Shown: piece by piece, positions 27,622 through 36,994 of the stretch
Layout of the letters: each line of letters starts with the position of its first letter
Position numbering within the stretch: the stretch's first letter is position 1
DNA from: an uncultured Desulfobacterales bacterium
Lineage (GTDB): Bacteria; Desulfobacterota; Desulfobacteria; Desulfobacterales; JAHEIW01
NCBI GenBank assembly: GCA_947259495.1
Contig: CAMYLV010000005.1
Span: 55,401-119,400 of the forward strand
Reading direction: 5' to 3'
Length of the DNA stretch: 64,000 nt
Made by a program: the position numbers and the translations under genes
The notes under the pieces: generated by a model
The model's input: only the letters and a program-made list of their open reading frames with translations
Told to the model about the DNA's origin: nothing
The model's database searches: none

Positions 27622-27966
27622 ATGATTCGTAAAATAATTGTAACCACGATGGCCCTGTTTTTTGTGTTTTCAACATTGGGTATCAGTTTTGCTCTGGATA
27701 AAGGCAACAAGCGCAAAGGCAAATACACGTATCGCAAAGTCTACAAAGCGTGCTTTGAGCGCGGTGCCGTTGATTCTCAAACGCCGCCGATCAGCCCGGC
27801 CGATAAGTCCCAGGCCGAGTGGGAGGCTATTTTTACCAGCAAAGATTATACTCAGTTCGGATGTGAGGAAGAGTGGGGTAATCTGGATGGTACCCAGGTC
27901 ACGGATATCTACACCTATTTATACGAGCATGCGTCGGATTCACCCACGCCCGCCAAATGCAAGTAG
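27622..27966 (+). CDS. Small exported cytochrome-c-like protein lacking CXXCH
   Basis: Signal peptide; GNKRKGKY, ISPADKSQAEW and HASDSPTPAKCK pattern; YKACF where CXXCH is expected; AGGAG SD. Confidence 0.75.
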   Translation: MIRKIIVTTMALFFVFSTLGISFALDKGNKRKGKYTYRKVYKACFERGAVDSQTPPISPADKSQAEWEAIFTSKDYTQFGCEEEWGNLDGTQVTDIYTYLYEHASDSPTPAKCK

Positions 27967-28042
27967 AACCATACCAGATTCGATCAGAAAGCTGCAGAGG
28001 CACGTGTCTGGCAGCTAAATATAAACCCAAAAGGAGGAAATT

Positions 28043-29203
28043 ATGCGGATTAAAAGATTAACAGCCATATCCATGATGCTGTGCCTGATAATGGTGCTCG
28101 CGCTTGGATGTGCAACCACGAATTCGACTCCCGATACCGCCAAGACAGACAAAGCGGCGGACTGGAAGTTTCACAGCATCGTCGATGTCGACTTTGTCAT
28201 GAAACAGGTGAAGGTGCCGATGCCGGAAGATGTGATGATCATCGATGCCCGGCCCAAACGGGCCAAGTATGACAAAGGGCACATCCCCATGGCCGCCAGC
28301 ATTCCGGACAGCCAGTTTGATAAGATGACCGCCAAGCTGCCGGCGGATAAAGATGCGCTGCTCATTTTTTATTGCGGGGGGCCTACCTGAAAGCTGAGTC
28401 ACAAATCCGCCTGGAAGGCGGAAAAACTCGGTTATACCAACGTTAAAGTTTTTGCCAACGGATTCCCCGCATACATGAAAGTAGCCGGAAACTATCCGGC
28501 TGTGTCAGCAGATTGGGTCAAAAAACAGATCGATCAGAAAACCAATTTGGTGATGATCGATTCGCGTCCCAAGCGTAAAAAGTACGACAAAGGTCATATC
28601 CCAACGGCCCTGAGCATTCCGGACAGCCAGTTTGCTAAAATGCAGGACCAGCTGCCAGCGGATAAAAGCACCCCGCTGGTATTTTACTGCGGCGGGCTGA
28701 AGTGCCGCTTGAGTCACAAGTCCGCCAAAAAGGCCATCGATCTGGGTTACACCAAGGTCAAAGTATTTGCCGAAGGGTATCCGGCCTGGGTTGCAGCTTA
28801 TGGTAAAGGTGAGACAGCAACCGTGGCATCCGCCAATGCGGCTTCTTCAAATCAGCTCAAAGCTGGCAAGGAAGAAGGCAGTGTCGATACCGAAACGTTT
28901 AAAAAGATCGTCAAGGATAATCCTGATAGCATTATGCTGATCGATGTGCGCGATGCGGATGAATACACAGAAGGTTCCTTTAAAAGCGCTGTCAATATCC
29001 CGGTGGATCAACTCGAAGCTAAAATTAAAACGCTGCCGATCGATAAACCAATTGTGTTTGTCTGCGGCACCGGTGCGCGCAGCGGCGAATCTTATTATAT
29101 GGTACAGGATTTGAGACCCGAAATGAAAAATGTCTATTACCTGGAAGGGGAATTGACATTCAAACAAGATGGCTCTTTCGAGATCAAAGAGCCGGCATCC
29201 TGA
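28043..29203 (+). CDS. Triple rhodanese-domain lipoprotein, probable selenoprotein (Sec116)
   Basis: ORFs 28043-28390 and 28475-29203 are in the same frame. The TGA at 28388 aligns with the Cys of domain 2 (FYCGGPT*KLSHKSA vs FYCGGLKCRLSHKSA). Downstream hairpin; lipobox LGC. Confidence 0.88.
28396..28429 (+). promoter_or_regulatory. Bacterial SECIS-like hairpin
   Basis: GAGT..TCCGCC-TGGAA-GGCGGA..ACTC; upper stem starts 15 nt after the TGA; G in the apical loop. Confidence 0.7.
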
Positions 29204-29310
29204 TAGATGCGATTTCTATTTATTAGGTGCTGCAGCCGTTCCGGCAGGAACGGCTGCAGCCGAATCACCTGCTACTTTCTGATAGTGTCTACCGAGAGTT
29301 GGAGCGAAAA

Positions 29311-30954
29311 ATGGAAATAACGGAAAAGAAACATCCGCTTTTAATATACATCGTTTTATTCGCCTTTGGCCTGATGCTGATGCCAGCTATTGCTGCTGCG
29401 GCAGGGTCCAAAGATGAGCAGGCGCCGGGACGATCGATGGCCCAGCAGGCCACTAAATCCAAAAAGTTATGGCGGACCTCCGATCACGCCAAGCATAAAG
29501 TTCTGCAAAAAGATTTTGCATCCGGTGCCGAATTGACCCAGGCGTGCATCTCCTGCCATTCTGAGGCCGAAACCCAATTTCACAAGACCATTCACTGGAC
29601 GTGGCTGGCGGACCCGGCTGAAGAAAATAGACAATACGGGAAGGCCGGTAACTCACTCAACAATTTCTGTATCTCAACCAATAAAACGGTTGATGCAGGC
29701 TGCTTATCCTGCCATCCGGGCTGGGGCAACACCAAAGAAAGCGCGGTCAACTGCCTGGTCTGCCACAGCCAAACGAAAATGAACTTTGATGAAGCCATAA
29801 CCGACATCAAGGGATTTCTTGAAGAAGGCGATGATGAGTCCAAGGAGATAGCGCGCGAAATTCAGGCTGAGCTGCGTGACGCCGCCCAGAACCTCGGCCT
29901 GCCGGCGCGCCAAAATTGCGGTTCATGCCATTTTTTCGGCGGCGGCGGCGACGGTGTCAAGCACGGTGATCTGGATACATCTCTGGTCAAGCCCAGTAAA
30001 ACCCTGGATGTTCACATGGGGGTGGACGGCCAGAACTTCACCTGCACCCGCTGCCACACCACAACGCTGCACAATATTTCCGGACGTGTCTACACGCAAC
30101 CGGCGGCCACCGATCGCAAAAGTCTGGTGGAGGATGATCTGACCAACAAGATTACCTGTGAATCCTGCCATACGGACCAGCCCCACAAAAGCGGCCAGAA
30201 GATGAATGAGCACACCGACAAAGTGGCCTGCCAGAGTTGTCACATACCCGATTTTGCCAGGGTGAATCCCACCAAAATGTCCTGGGACTGGGCAAAGTCA
30301 GGCAAGTTAAAGGACGGCAAAAAATTTAAGACCAAAGACGAATTTGGTAAATTTGACTATATGTCCATCAAAGGCCAGATGAAGTGGGCCAAAAATGTTA
30401 AGCCTGAATATCACTGGTATAACGGTGTGATTAAATCCGTTACCGCCAGCGATAAGATCGATCCGGCCGGAACCGTAAAAGTTTCCTGGCCGGTGGGTGA
30501 TCGGCAAGATGCCAATTCGCGCATTTATCCGTTTAAGGTGCACATAGGAAATCAGCCGTATGATAAAATGCATCAGACCTTACTGATGCCGCTGCTTTCC
30601 GGCAAGCAGGGCTACTGGAACCACCTCGACTGGGACACAGCGCTGTCAGTCGGCCAGGCTTCCATGGATTTGCCGTTTTCGGGCGAATTTGATTTTGTCG
30701 AAACCGCCTACGTTTTTCCGATCACGCACATGGTAGCCCCCAAAGCTAAATCCCTGTCCTGCACGGAATGTCATTCCAAAACCGACAGCCGCCTGGCACA
30801 TCTGAAGGGCTTTTACATGCCCGGCCGTGATGTTTCCAAAATTCTCAACTTTGCCGGCTGGGGTGCGGTTCTGGCCAGTTTGATCGGAGTCCTCATTCAT
30901 GCGCTGGGGCGGTTCTTGAGCAGAGGTAATGGCAAGAACAGAAAGGAAGATTAG
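29311..30954 (+). CDS. Octaheme c-type cytochrome (octaheme tetrathionate reductase family)
   Basis: Eight CXXCH motifs: CISCH, CLSCH, CLVCH, CGSCH, CTRCH, CESCH, CQSCH, CTECH; signal peptide and C-terminal TM. Confidence 0.9.
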   Translation: MEITEKKHPLLIYIVLFAFGLMLMPAIAAAAGSKDEQAPGRSMAQQATKSKKLWRTSDHAKHKVLQKDFASGAELTQACISCHSEAETQFHKTIHWTWLADPAEENRQYGKAGNSLNNFCISTNKTVDAGCLSCHPGWGNTKESAVNCLVCHSQTKMNFDEAITDIKGFLEEGDDESKEIAREIQAELRDAAQNLGLPARQNCGSCHFFGGGGDGVKHGDLDTSLVKPSKTLDVHMGVDGQNFTCTRCHTTTLHNISGRVYTQPAATDRKSLVEDDLTNKITCESCHTDQPHKSGQKMNEHTDKVACQSCHIPDFARVNPTKMSWDWAKSGKLKDGKKFKTKDEFGKFDYMSIKGQMKWAKNVKPEYHWYNGVIKSVTASDKIDPAGTVKVSWPVGDRQDANSRIYPFKVHIGNQPYDKMHQTLLMPLLSGKQGYWNHLDWDTALSVGQASMDLPFSGEFDFVETAYVFPITHMVAPKAKSLSCTECHSKTDSRLAHLKGFYMPGRDVSKILNFAGWGAVLASLIGVLIHALGRFLSRGNGKNRKED

Positions 30955-30957
30955 AGC

Positions 30958-31623
30958 ATGACTATCAACAACGGAAAAATGAAAAATATATATCTCTATG
31001 CGCGCTTTGAACGGCTGTGGCATTGGTTGCAGACGTTGCTGATCATCATCCTTTTGCTGACGGGTTTTGAGGTCAATGGTGCCTTTACGCTTTTCGGTTT
31101 CAGGACGGCGGTGGAGGTACATAATTTTGTCGGACTGACCTGGCTGATAGCGTTCGCCTTTTTTGTTTTCTGGATTTTCACCACCGGTGAGTGGCGACAA
31201 TACATCCCGACCACCAAAAAGATGATCTCGGTTGTACGCTATTACATGTACGGCATTTTTCGGGGTGAGCTCCATCCGGTGCCCAAGCGCAAAGAGGCCA
31301 AGCACAACCCGCTGCAGCGTATCGTTTACCTGATTCTGGCGGCCATATTGCTGCCGGTGCAAATGGTCACCGGATTTTTGTACTGGGGCTATAATTCCTG
31401 GGGCGATTGGGGGCTGTCCTGGCTGTCTTTGCAGGTCGTGGCGCTGATTCACATCGCCGGTGCTTTTGCCATCCTGTCTTTTGTGGTTGTGCATGTGTAC
31501 ATGATCACAACCGGGCACACCATATTTGCCCACACCCGGGCAATGATCACGGGCTGGGAAGAAGTAGCGGATGAAGCATCCGTGGGCGACTGGGAATATA
31601 AAACCAAAGCCAAAACGGCATAG
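30958..31623 (+). CDS. Cytochrome b/b6-domain membrane subunit (PhsC-like)
   Basis: FERLWHW, VEVHNF, KHNPLQRIVY, LIH, HVYM (heme-b His pairs). Confidence 0.9.
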   Translation: MTINNGKMKNIYLYARFERLWHWLQTLLIIILLLTGFEVNGAFTLFGFRTAVEVHNFVGLTWLIAFAFFVFWIFTTGEWRQYIPTTKKMISVVRYYMYGIFRGELHPVPKRKEAKHNPLQRIVYLILAAILLPVQMVTGFLYWGYNSWGDWGLSWLSLQVVALIHIAGAFAILSFVVVHVYMITTGHTIFAHTRAMITGWEEVADEASVGDWEYKTKAKTA

Positions 31624-31698
31624 GCCTTTGATTTTTCGGCATTGATGGCTTAAAATCACCCCTGTCCGTGAATGCCAGTGCCCTGTTGAACTAACACC

Positions 31699-31728
31699 AA
31701 AGGGGGCCTGAATACAGGCCCCTTTTTT
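31699..31728 (+). terminator. Intrinsic terminator of the sulfur-redox operon
   Basis: AAAGGGGGCCTG-AATA-CAGGCCCCTTTTTT. Confidence 0.8.
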
Positions 31729-31889
31729 ACCTCTTTTAAAGGATCTCGCCGATCAGAACCGCTCGGCCGGCGCTGATATGACGATTAAACAAATTGCCCG
31801 GCAAAACGAGATGGCACCGGCGGATGTGTATGCCCTGGTGCGCAGGATAGCGACAGGTCCCGCACATAAACAGTGACCGGCCTTTAGAT

Positions 31890-33350
31890 CTACAAAAGCT
31901 TCACCACCACAAGGGTAATATCATCTTCCTGGGGGGCCTCTCCCTGAAAAACCGTGAGATCCGCGATAATACGACTCTTTATCTCCTCGGCAGATCTGGC
32001 GGCATGCCTGCGGATCGCTTCGCGGAACCGATTTAAGCCGAACATCTCGCCGCTTTCATTTTGAGTTTCACGGATGCCGTCCGTACCCACGACCACAACG
32101 CTGCCCGGCGTCCAACCCTTGTGGTTATATTTTTGATATTTCAGGTCTTCAACCACCCCCATGGCCATGCCTTCTCCGGCAAGCTCCAAGAAGATATCAT
32201 CTTCAGCATTGTAGAGGATTGCCGGCTCGTGACCGGCCCGGACCCAGCTCAATATGTTCGTTTTAGATTCGATTTTCAGAAAGAACATCGTCATGAATCG
32301 ACCGCTGCTCGCAACATCTCTGGCCAGCTCCGCGTTGACCTCTGAGACAATGCGGGCGATGTCGGTTTCCATCGTCACCCTTTGTCTGAGTAGTGCCCGC
32401 ACCGTGGTCATAAGCAGGGCTGCGCTCACACCATGTTCGGAAGCGTCTGCCACCACCACCCCTAAGTCGCCGTTTGTCAGTCTAAAGTAATCGTAATAGT
32501 CTCCGCCGGTTTCATCGCAGTAGTTACTGATACCGGCGATATCGAGTCCGGGCAACAAGGGCGGCTTAGCGGGCAAGAGATTTTGTTGCACCTCTTCGGC
32601 TAACTTTAAGGCGGTTATGAGCTGAAGGCGATGTCTGAGTCCGTTTATCATTGTATTAGTGTGACCGGCGATAACCCCGAACTCATCATTGGTGGCGACC
32701 GGGACCAATCTGGAAAGATCCCCCTGGGTGACCTTCTCAAGCACGCCGGTTTCATTCTGGAACAGTAATTTCAAATTTTTGGAATATGAAACGATCAAAT
32801 TTACAATTGCTGCTAACAGCACAACCATCACAAAAAAGACTTCACGCATAACGGACAATTGTGCTTGGGTAAGAGATATATCGCTCTCTTGAATCTTTGA
32901 GAGCCAGACCACATCTCTGGCAATTACAAGTCCGAGGACCATAGAAACGAACAGGATGGTGATCAGCGCCACCAGGGAAAATTTTCGCGTTATTGAATAT
33001 AGACGCTTGGGCGGTGGGAGCGCCCTGTTTTCCGACAGGGTGTCCTGGATGACGGTGCGCTCACGGGCCAGGGCCATATCTAAACCCAGGAAGAAGCCGA
33101 CAACGGCGCAACCCAATAGTAAGCTCAATCCACTGGTGGCCGGAAAGCCGTAGGCCAGGGTGTTGTATATAACCACGACTGAGCCGGCTGCCATGCACAA
33201 GGCTAATTCAAGAAAAAACTGTTTTCGGGGCTGGACAATCAACGGTCGGGAGACGACCAGGCGGCTCTCAAGGAACCGGTGCAGCGCCAGCGCCACCATG
33301 AAAGGAATCAGAAGGCTTACCCCCAGGAGCACGGGGGGCATTGTTTCCAT
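31890..33350 (-). CDS. Membrane HAMP + PP2C/SpoIIE-type protein phosphatase
   Basis: Several TMs, HAMP (NDEFGVIA), GGDYYD, VADASEHGVSAAL, GTDGI, DDITLVV. Confidence 0.92.
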   Translation of the reverse strand: METMPPVLLGVSLLIPFMVALALHRFLESRLVVSRPLIVQPRKQFFLELALCMAAGSVVVIYNTLAYGFPATSGLSLLLGCAVVGFFLGLDMALARERTVIQDTLSENRALPPPKRLYSITRKFSLVALITILFVSMVLGLVIARDVVWLSKIQESDISLTQAQLSVMREVFFVMVVLLAAIVNLIVSYSKNLKLLFQNETGVLEKVTQGDLSRLVPVATNDEFGVIAGHTNTMINGLRHRLQLITALKLAEEVQQNLLPAKPPLLPGLDIAGISNYCDETGGDYYDYFRLTNGDLGVVVADASEHGVSAALLMTTVRALLRQRVTMETDIARIVSEVNAELARDVASSGRFMTMFFLKIESKTNILSWVRAGHEPAILYNAEDDIFLELAGEGMAMGVVEDLKYQKYNHKGWTPGSVVVVGTDGIRETQNESGEMFGLNRFREAIRRHAARSAEEIKSRIIADLTVFQGEAPQEDDITLVVVKLL

Positions 33351-33514
33351 AAATGGTCAGACCTGCCCGCCATAGATTGTCAGAGCGATCACAGCAATGA
33401 AATAGTGAATGCTGATTCTGAGCATAGTTTGTCCTCAAACGTTCACTATTGATTATGTAAAAAAGGTGAAAAGGTCAACAACTTGTGTTCGCGTGTATGG
33501 CACCAGCGAATGGA

Positions 33515-33619
33515 TTATAGGGGTTGTCAAAAAATCGTTCCGGCATTCAAACATTTTTATTTACAATCCCTTGTGCCGCACTTCCGTCTTCCGGAACATT
33601 ATTATGGAAAACGGTATAA
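33515..33619 (+). repeat. Dispersed ~104-bp hairpin repeat, copy C
   Basis: TTATAGGGGTTGTCAAAAAATCGTTCCGG...GCCGCACTTCCGTCTTCCGGAACATTATTATGGAAAACGGTATAA. Confidence 0.9.
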
Positions 33620-33860
33620 ATTGCGGATCAAGGAACAGTTTATCCTGTGTGCCGTAAGCGAATCTTTGGCGGGTTGCGAGAAGTTTGGGTATGGTGTGTG
33701 AAAGCCGGATTTTTTAGAAGCGAAGTGCCTTGCTTGACAGGTATCAGGCAGCTCACTACCTTTATTTTTATACATAAAGATTAATGAGAAGGTATAAATA
33801 TTCTTAATCGCAGTAAGTTTAAACTATTGCAAAAACAGCAGAACAAACCAATCAGGTATC

Positions 33861-34412
33861 ATGGATAAAAATCATATTCGAAACACAGCCAATTTGCGCG
33901 TGGCCGAGATCATTGAAAGCCGTTCTCCGGCTGGTCGGCACGATTCTGTGCAGGGCTGGCACAACCTGTTAAAAACACTTCTTTCTCAAATGGCGCCGTA
34001 TATGTTGGAAGGTCACCTGGTGACCTTTCGGCAGCTCAAAGAGCAGGAGCGCTTTTTTTTTGAAAATCGCCTTCAAAACATAAGGGTGCCGGTTTCCGTC
34101 GGCGCCCTTTACCTGCCGCCAAGCGTGCGTTACCAGGCGTTATACCAGCGGCCCAAGGGTGAACCTCAGTCTGTTCCCGAACACTCGCCGGATCATCCGC
34201 CGGATGAAGGTATTGTTCTGGCCTGCCGCAAGTCCGACTTCAACGTCGTAATCAATGCCCTGCTGGCCAAACCGCCCTTCGCACCGGCGATCGATGTTTA
34301 TGACGACGGACAGCTTCTGGCCGGATATGTTTACCATACCATAGACGAATGTATCGCCAATCTTTCTAAAGTTCTGCAGGTCCATTTACAACGGAGGGGC
34401 AGTCAAGGCTGA
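33861..34412 (+). CDS. Hypothetical protein (183 aa)
   Basis: Long ORF with normal codon style; TTGACA-N17-TACCTT at 33734-33762 upstream. Confidence 0.7.
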   Translation: MDKNHIRNTANLRVAEIIESRSPAGRHDSVQGWHNLLKTLLSQMAPYMLEGHLVTFRQLKEQERFFFENRLQNIRVPVSVGALYLPPSVRYQALYQRPKGEPQSVPEHSPDHPPDEGIVLACRKSDFNVVINALLAKPPFAPAIDVYDDGQLLAGYVYHTIDECIANLSKVLQVHLQRRGSQG

Positions 34413-34650
34413 CAATGGAATCCGTCAAAGATATTCTGCACGTGCGCTGCTGAAAGATCTTTACACCCGGGCCCGCAAAAAGTGCTTGCGGCATTTTTTT
34501 ACAAATGCGCTGTCCCCGGCTCTCCCTTAAACGGACCGACGATTTCATCTGTGATCCAACCGCCATAAAATTGGCCGGGCTGAGCACGCACTTGCTCACC
34601 CGCAACAAAACAGCTGCAAAAGCCCCTGCGTGGAAGTGAAGCCAAAGAAG

Positions 34651-35361
34651 CTATATTTTGCCACCCGATAGATCGTCGGGCAGCGGTCCCTGCCAGATGT
34701 GGAAGGTTTCGGTCTTCCAGACCATGTCCGTGATCGAAGGGGCACCGGAATTGCGCAAAAACATTGCGTGCTGGGTTTTGTGGCAGAGGGCGGCGGCTAC
34801 CTTTATATCGTGCCAGGGGCTGATATCGGTGATAATATCGGCCTCATCGTTTTCGTTTAAAACACGCTCGCGTTTGGAAGGCGCATGCCAGGCCGACCAA
34901 CTCATCAGTGCGGTGCGCGTATGGCCGTTGCTTAACGCTAAACGGGTGGCACGGTGGGTGTAGATGTGCTGGGGGTGGCCGTATTCACCATTTGAGCCAT
35001 GGGTGATAATTAGGTCCGGCTCGATTTTGCGCACGTATTTATCGATGGCAGCGGCAAAATCCGCCAGCGGGACGTCGATGCGGCGCGCAATGCCGTTGAT
35101 TTCCATGTAAGGGTCAATGTAGGGCAGGAAAAAGATATCGCGGGCACCCAAAATGCGAACCGCCTCGCGCACTTCCTGTTCCCGGAAGGCGGCCAGATTC
35201 TCACGCGTCGTCAACGGCGGCTCACCGACCTCGCCGCCCTCACCGCGGGTGGTTTCCAGGATGAAAACAGCATGTCCCTGTTGAGCGTACCGGGTCAGCG
35301 TCCCGCCGCTGAAAAGGGTTTCATCATCCGGATGTGCTGAAATTACTAAGATCGTACTCAT
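34651..35361 (-). CDS. PIG-L/LmbE-family deacetylase
   Basis: SAHPDDET, TTRGEGGE, GEYGHPQH, CHKTQ. Confidence 0.92.
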   Translation of the reverse strand: MSTILVISAHPDDETLFSGGTLTRYAQQGHAVFILETTRGEGGEVGEPPLTTRENLAAFREQEVREAVRILGARDIFFLPYIDPYMEINGIARRIDVPLADFAAAIDKYVRKIEPDLIITHGSNGEYGHPQHIYTHRATRLALSNGHTRTALMSWSAWHAPSKRERVLNENDEADIITDISPWHDIKVAAALCHKTQHAMFLRNSGAPSITDMVWKTETFHIWQGPLPDDLSGGKI

Positions 35362-35497
35362 TTAGTTAATATCCGTCGGTTGAATTAAATAAACACTAGC
35401 CAAGCTCATAAACTAATCCATGATAAATTCAAATCAACCGGGAAAGGGTCAAATGCTCAAAGGAAATTTGTTAGGGTTCGGGTATATTTGACCAGAT

Positions 35498-35569
35498 ATG
35501 GAATTGCGGCACAAGTGGTTGTAGGAAAAAACGCTCGAATAACGGATCGTTTTTTGACAACCACTATAA
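35498..35569 (-). repeat. Dispersed repeat copy D (partial; 3' third missing)
   Basis: ATGGAATTGCGGCACAAGTGGTTGTAGGAAAAAACG...CGTTTTTTGACAACCACTATAA. Confidence 0.85.
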
Positions 35570-35630
35570 AAGAGGCTCAAGTTGATTCTTAAAATCGGAA
35601 TAACGAGGTTATGCTGGTAGGATAGGCGAG

Positions 35631-36515
35631 TTAGCGGATCATGACCGTGCTTTGAATACCCTTGGCCTGCAATTCTGCCTGTTGGTTTTCGGCACCTTTT
35701 TTGGTGACAAAAGCGCCGACCACCAATTTCAACTCACCGTCCTTTGTTTTGAGAAAATAGGGCGAATACCCTAATTTTTTGATTTGTTGCAGATCGGCTT
35801 GCATGTCATCCGGGGATGTGTAGGTGCCGATGAGGTTGGTATAAGGTGTTCTTTTGACAATGGCGCCTGAGAGCCGGTGCTCAGTCTTGGCCTGAATTGC
35901 CTCCCGGCGGGTCTGGTAATGGCCTGCCAATACCCTCAGCCATTCGTCGCCGCTTTCGAATTTGACTTTAACGACATACGGCTTTAACCCTACCTTTTGA
36001 TAATCCGATACGATTTTGCGGGCACTTTGCGGCAGACGGCAGCTGGATAGCATGATGGAATAGGGATGTATAGTATCTTGCTCTAAAGACACGGTCTGTT
36101 TTTGTGGCGGCTGCGGCTTCACAGGCTTGACCGCCTGAACGGCCTGTGCCTGAATGATTTTAGTCGACGATGATTCTTCAGGCGCTACCGGTGGGGTCTT
36201 TTTCTCTGCAGTGGTCGTTTCTGCGATTTCTGCCTGAGGTTTAACCGGCTCAGGTGTTTCCTCGGATTTAATTTGTTTCAGCACGACCAGGGGCCGGGGC
36301 AGGTCGACTGTCTGCTGTGTATTTTCTGGTTCCAGCAGGATTTTTTTGGTGACGATCACCGGCCGGCCTCGACTTTTAACAGCTGCGGTCCGGTTTTGAT
36401 CGGGCCCGGGTTTGGATTGGGTAAGATAGCGCAGCGGGCTGAAGTGCCAGATGCCGTAAACTGCCAACAGGACCAGAACAACTGCAATCGATAAGAAAAC
36501 GCTTTTTTTTTTCAT
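35631..36515 (-). CDS. SPOR-domain protein (two SPOR domains)
   Basis: N-terminal TM, P/Q/E-rich linker, WLRVLAGHY and KLVVGAF repeats. Confidence 0.85.
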   Translation of the reverse strand: MKKKSVFLSIAVVLVLLAVYGIWHFSPLRYLTQSKPGPDQNRTAAVKSRGRPVIVTKKILLEPENTQQTVDLPRPLVVLKQIKSEETPEPVKPQAEIAETTTAEKKTPPVAPEESSSTKIIQAQAVQAVKPVKPQPPQKQTVSLEQDTIHPYSIMLSSCRLPQSARKIVSDYQKVGLKPYVVKVKFESGDEWLRVLAGHYQTRREAIQAKTEHRLSGAIVKRTPYTNLIGTYTSPDDMQADLQQIKKLGYSPYFLKTKDGELKLVVGAFVTKKGAENQQAELQAKGIQSTVMIR

Positions 36516-36649
36516 TTGCTCACTTCTAATTTTAGCTGTTCAACAAATGCGGCGCTGGTGACATACGCCCGAACCATTGGTCTTATATCCTATTGGGGCA
36601 CCTTTGGTCAAATTGTATTTGCACCCTATCTTCCGCCAAAAGCGGAAGA

Positions 36650-36724
36650 GGGTTCTAAGGTTCAAAGCTTCTGGGTTCACAGGTTTTAAGCTAAGAAGGT
36701 TACGGGTTACGAGTTTCGGGTTGC
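36650..36724. repeat. 7-nt periodic repeat block
   Basis: AGGTTAC GGGTTAC GAGTTTC GGGTTGC (36697-36724), preceded by GGTTCTAAGGTTCAAAG. Confidence 0.65.
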
Positions 36725-36936
36725 AAGATAAAGAAGGGCGCCTGAATGAGTGTTACGTTTTGGAAGTAGATATTTTGGGTGCTGATAAAAGGGTGATAAT
36801 GACGTTCAAGGTACCCGGCAAGTTGACCGGCCAGATACGCGCCAGGCAAAACGCCGGCGTAAGTATCTCTCCAGCTCTCGGTCTGAACAGCTGTAATGAG
36901 AGGCAAATCTGAGTGTCGTGCGCGTCGAATAACCAT
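36700..36936 (-). pseudogene. Truncated GNAT acetyltransferase (N-terminal fragment)
   Basis: MVIRRARHSDLPLITAVQTESWRDTYAGVLP is a typical GNAT start; no AcCoA motif, and the ORF ends inside the repeat block. Confidence 0.6.
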
Positions 36937-36965
36937 ATTTAAATTTAAATTAATTTAAAAAGTCT

Positions 36966-36993
36966 TCTGCTATCTGACCTCTGGCATCTGACC
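36966..36993. repeat. Four-unit 7-nt repeat right after the RND permease stop
   Basis: TCTGCTA TCTGACC TCTGGCA TCTGACC. Confidence 0.6.
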
Positions 36994-36994
36994 G

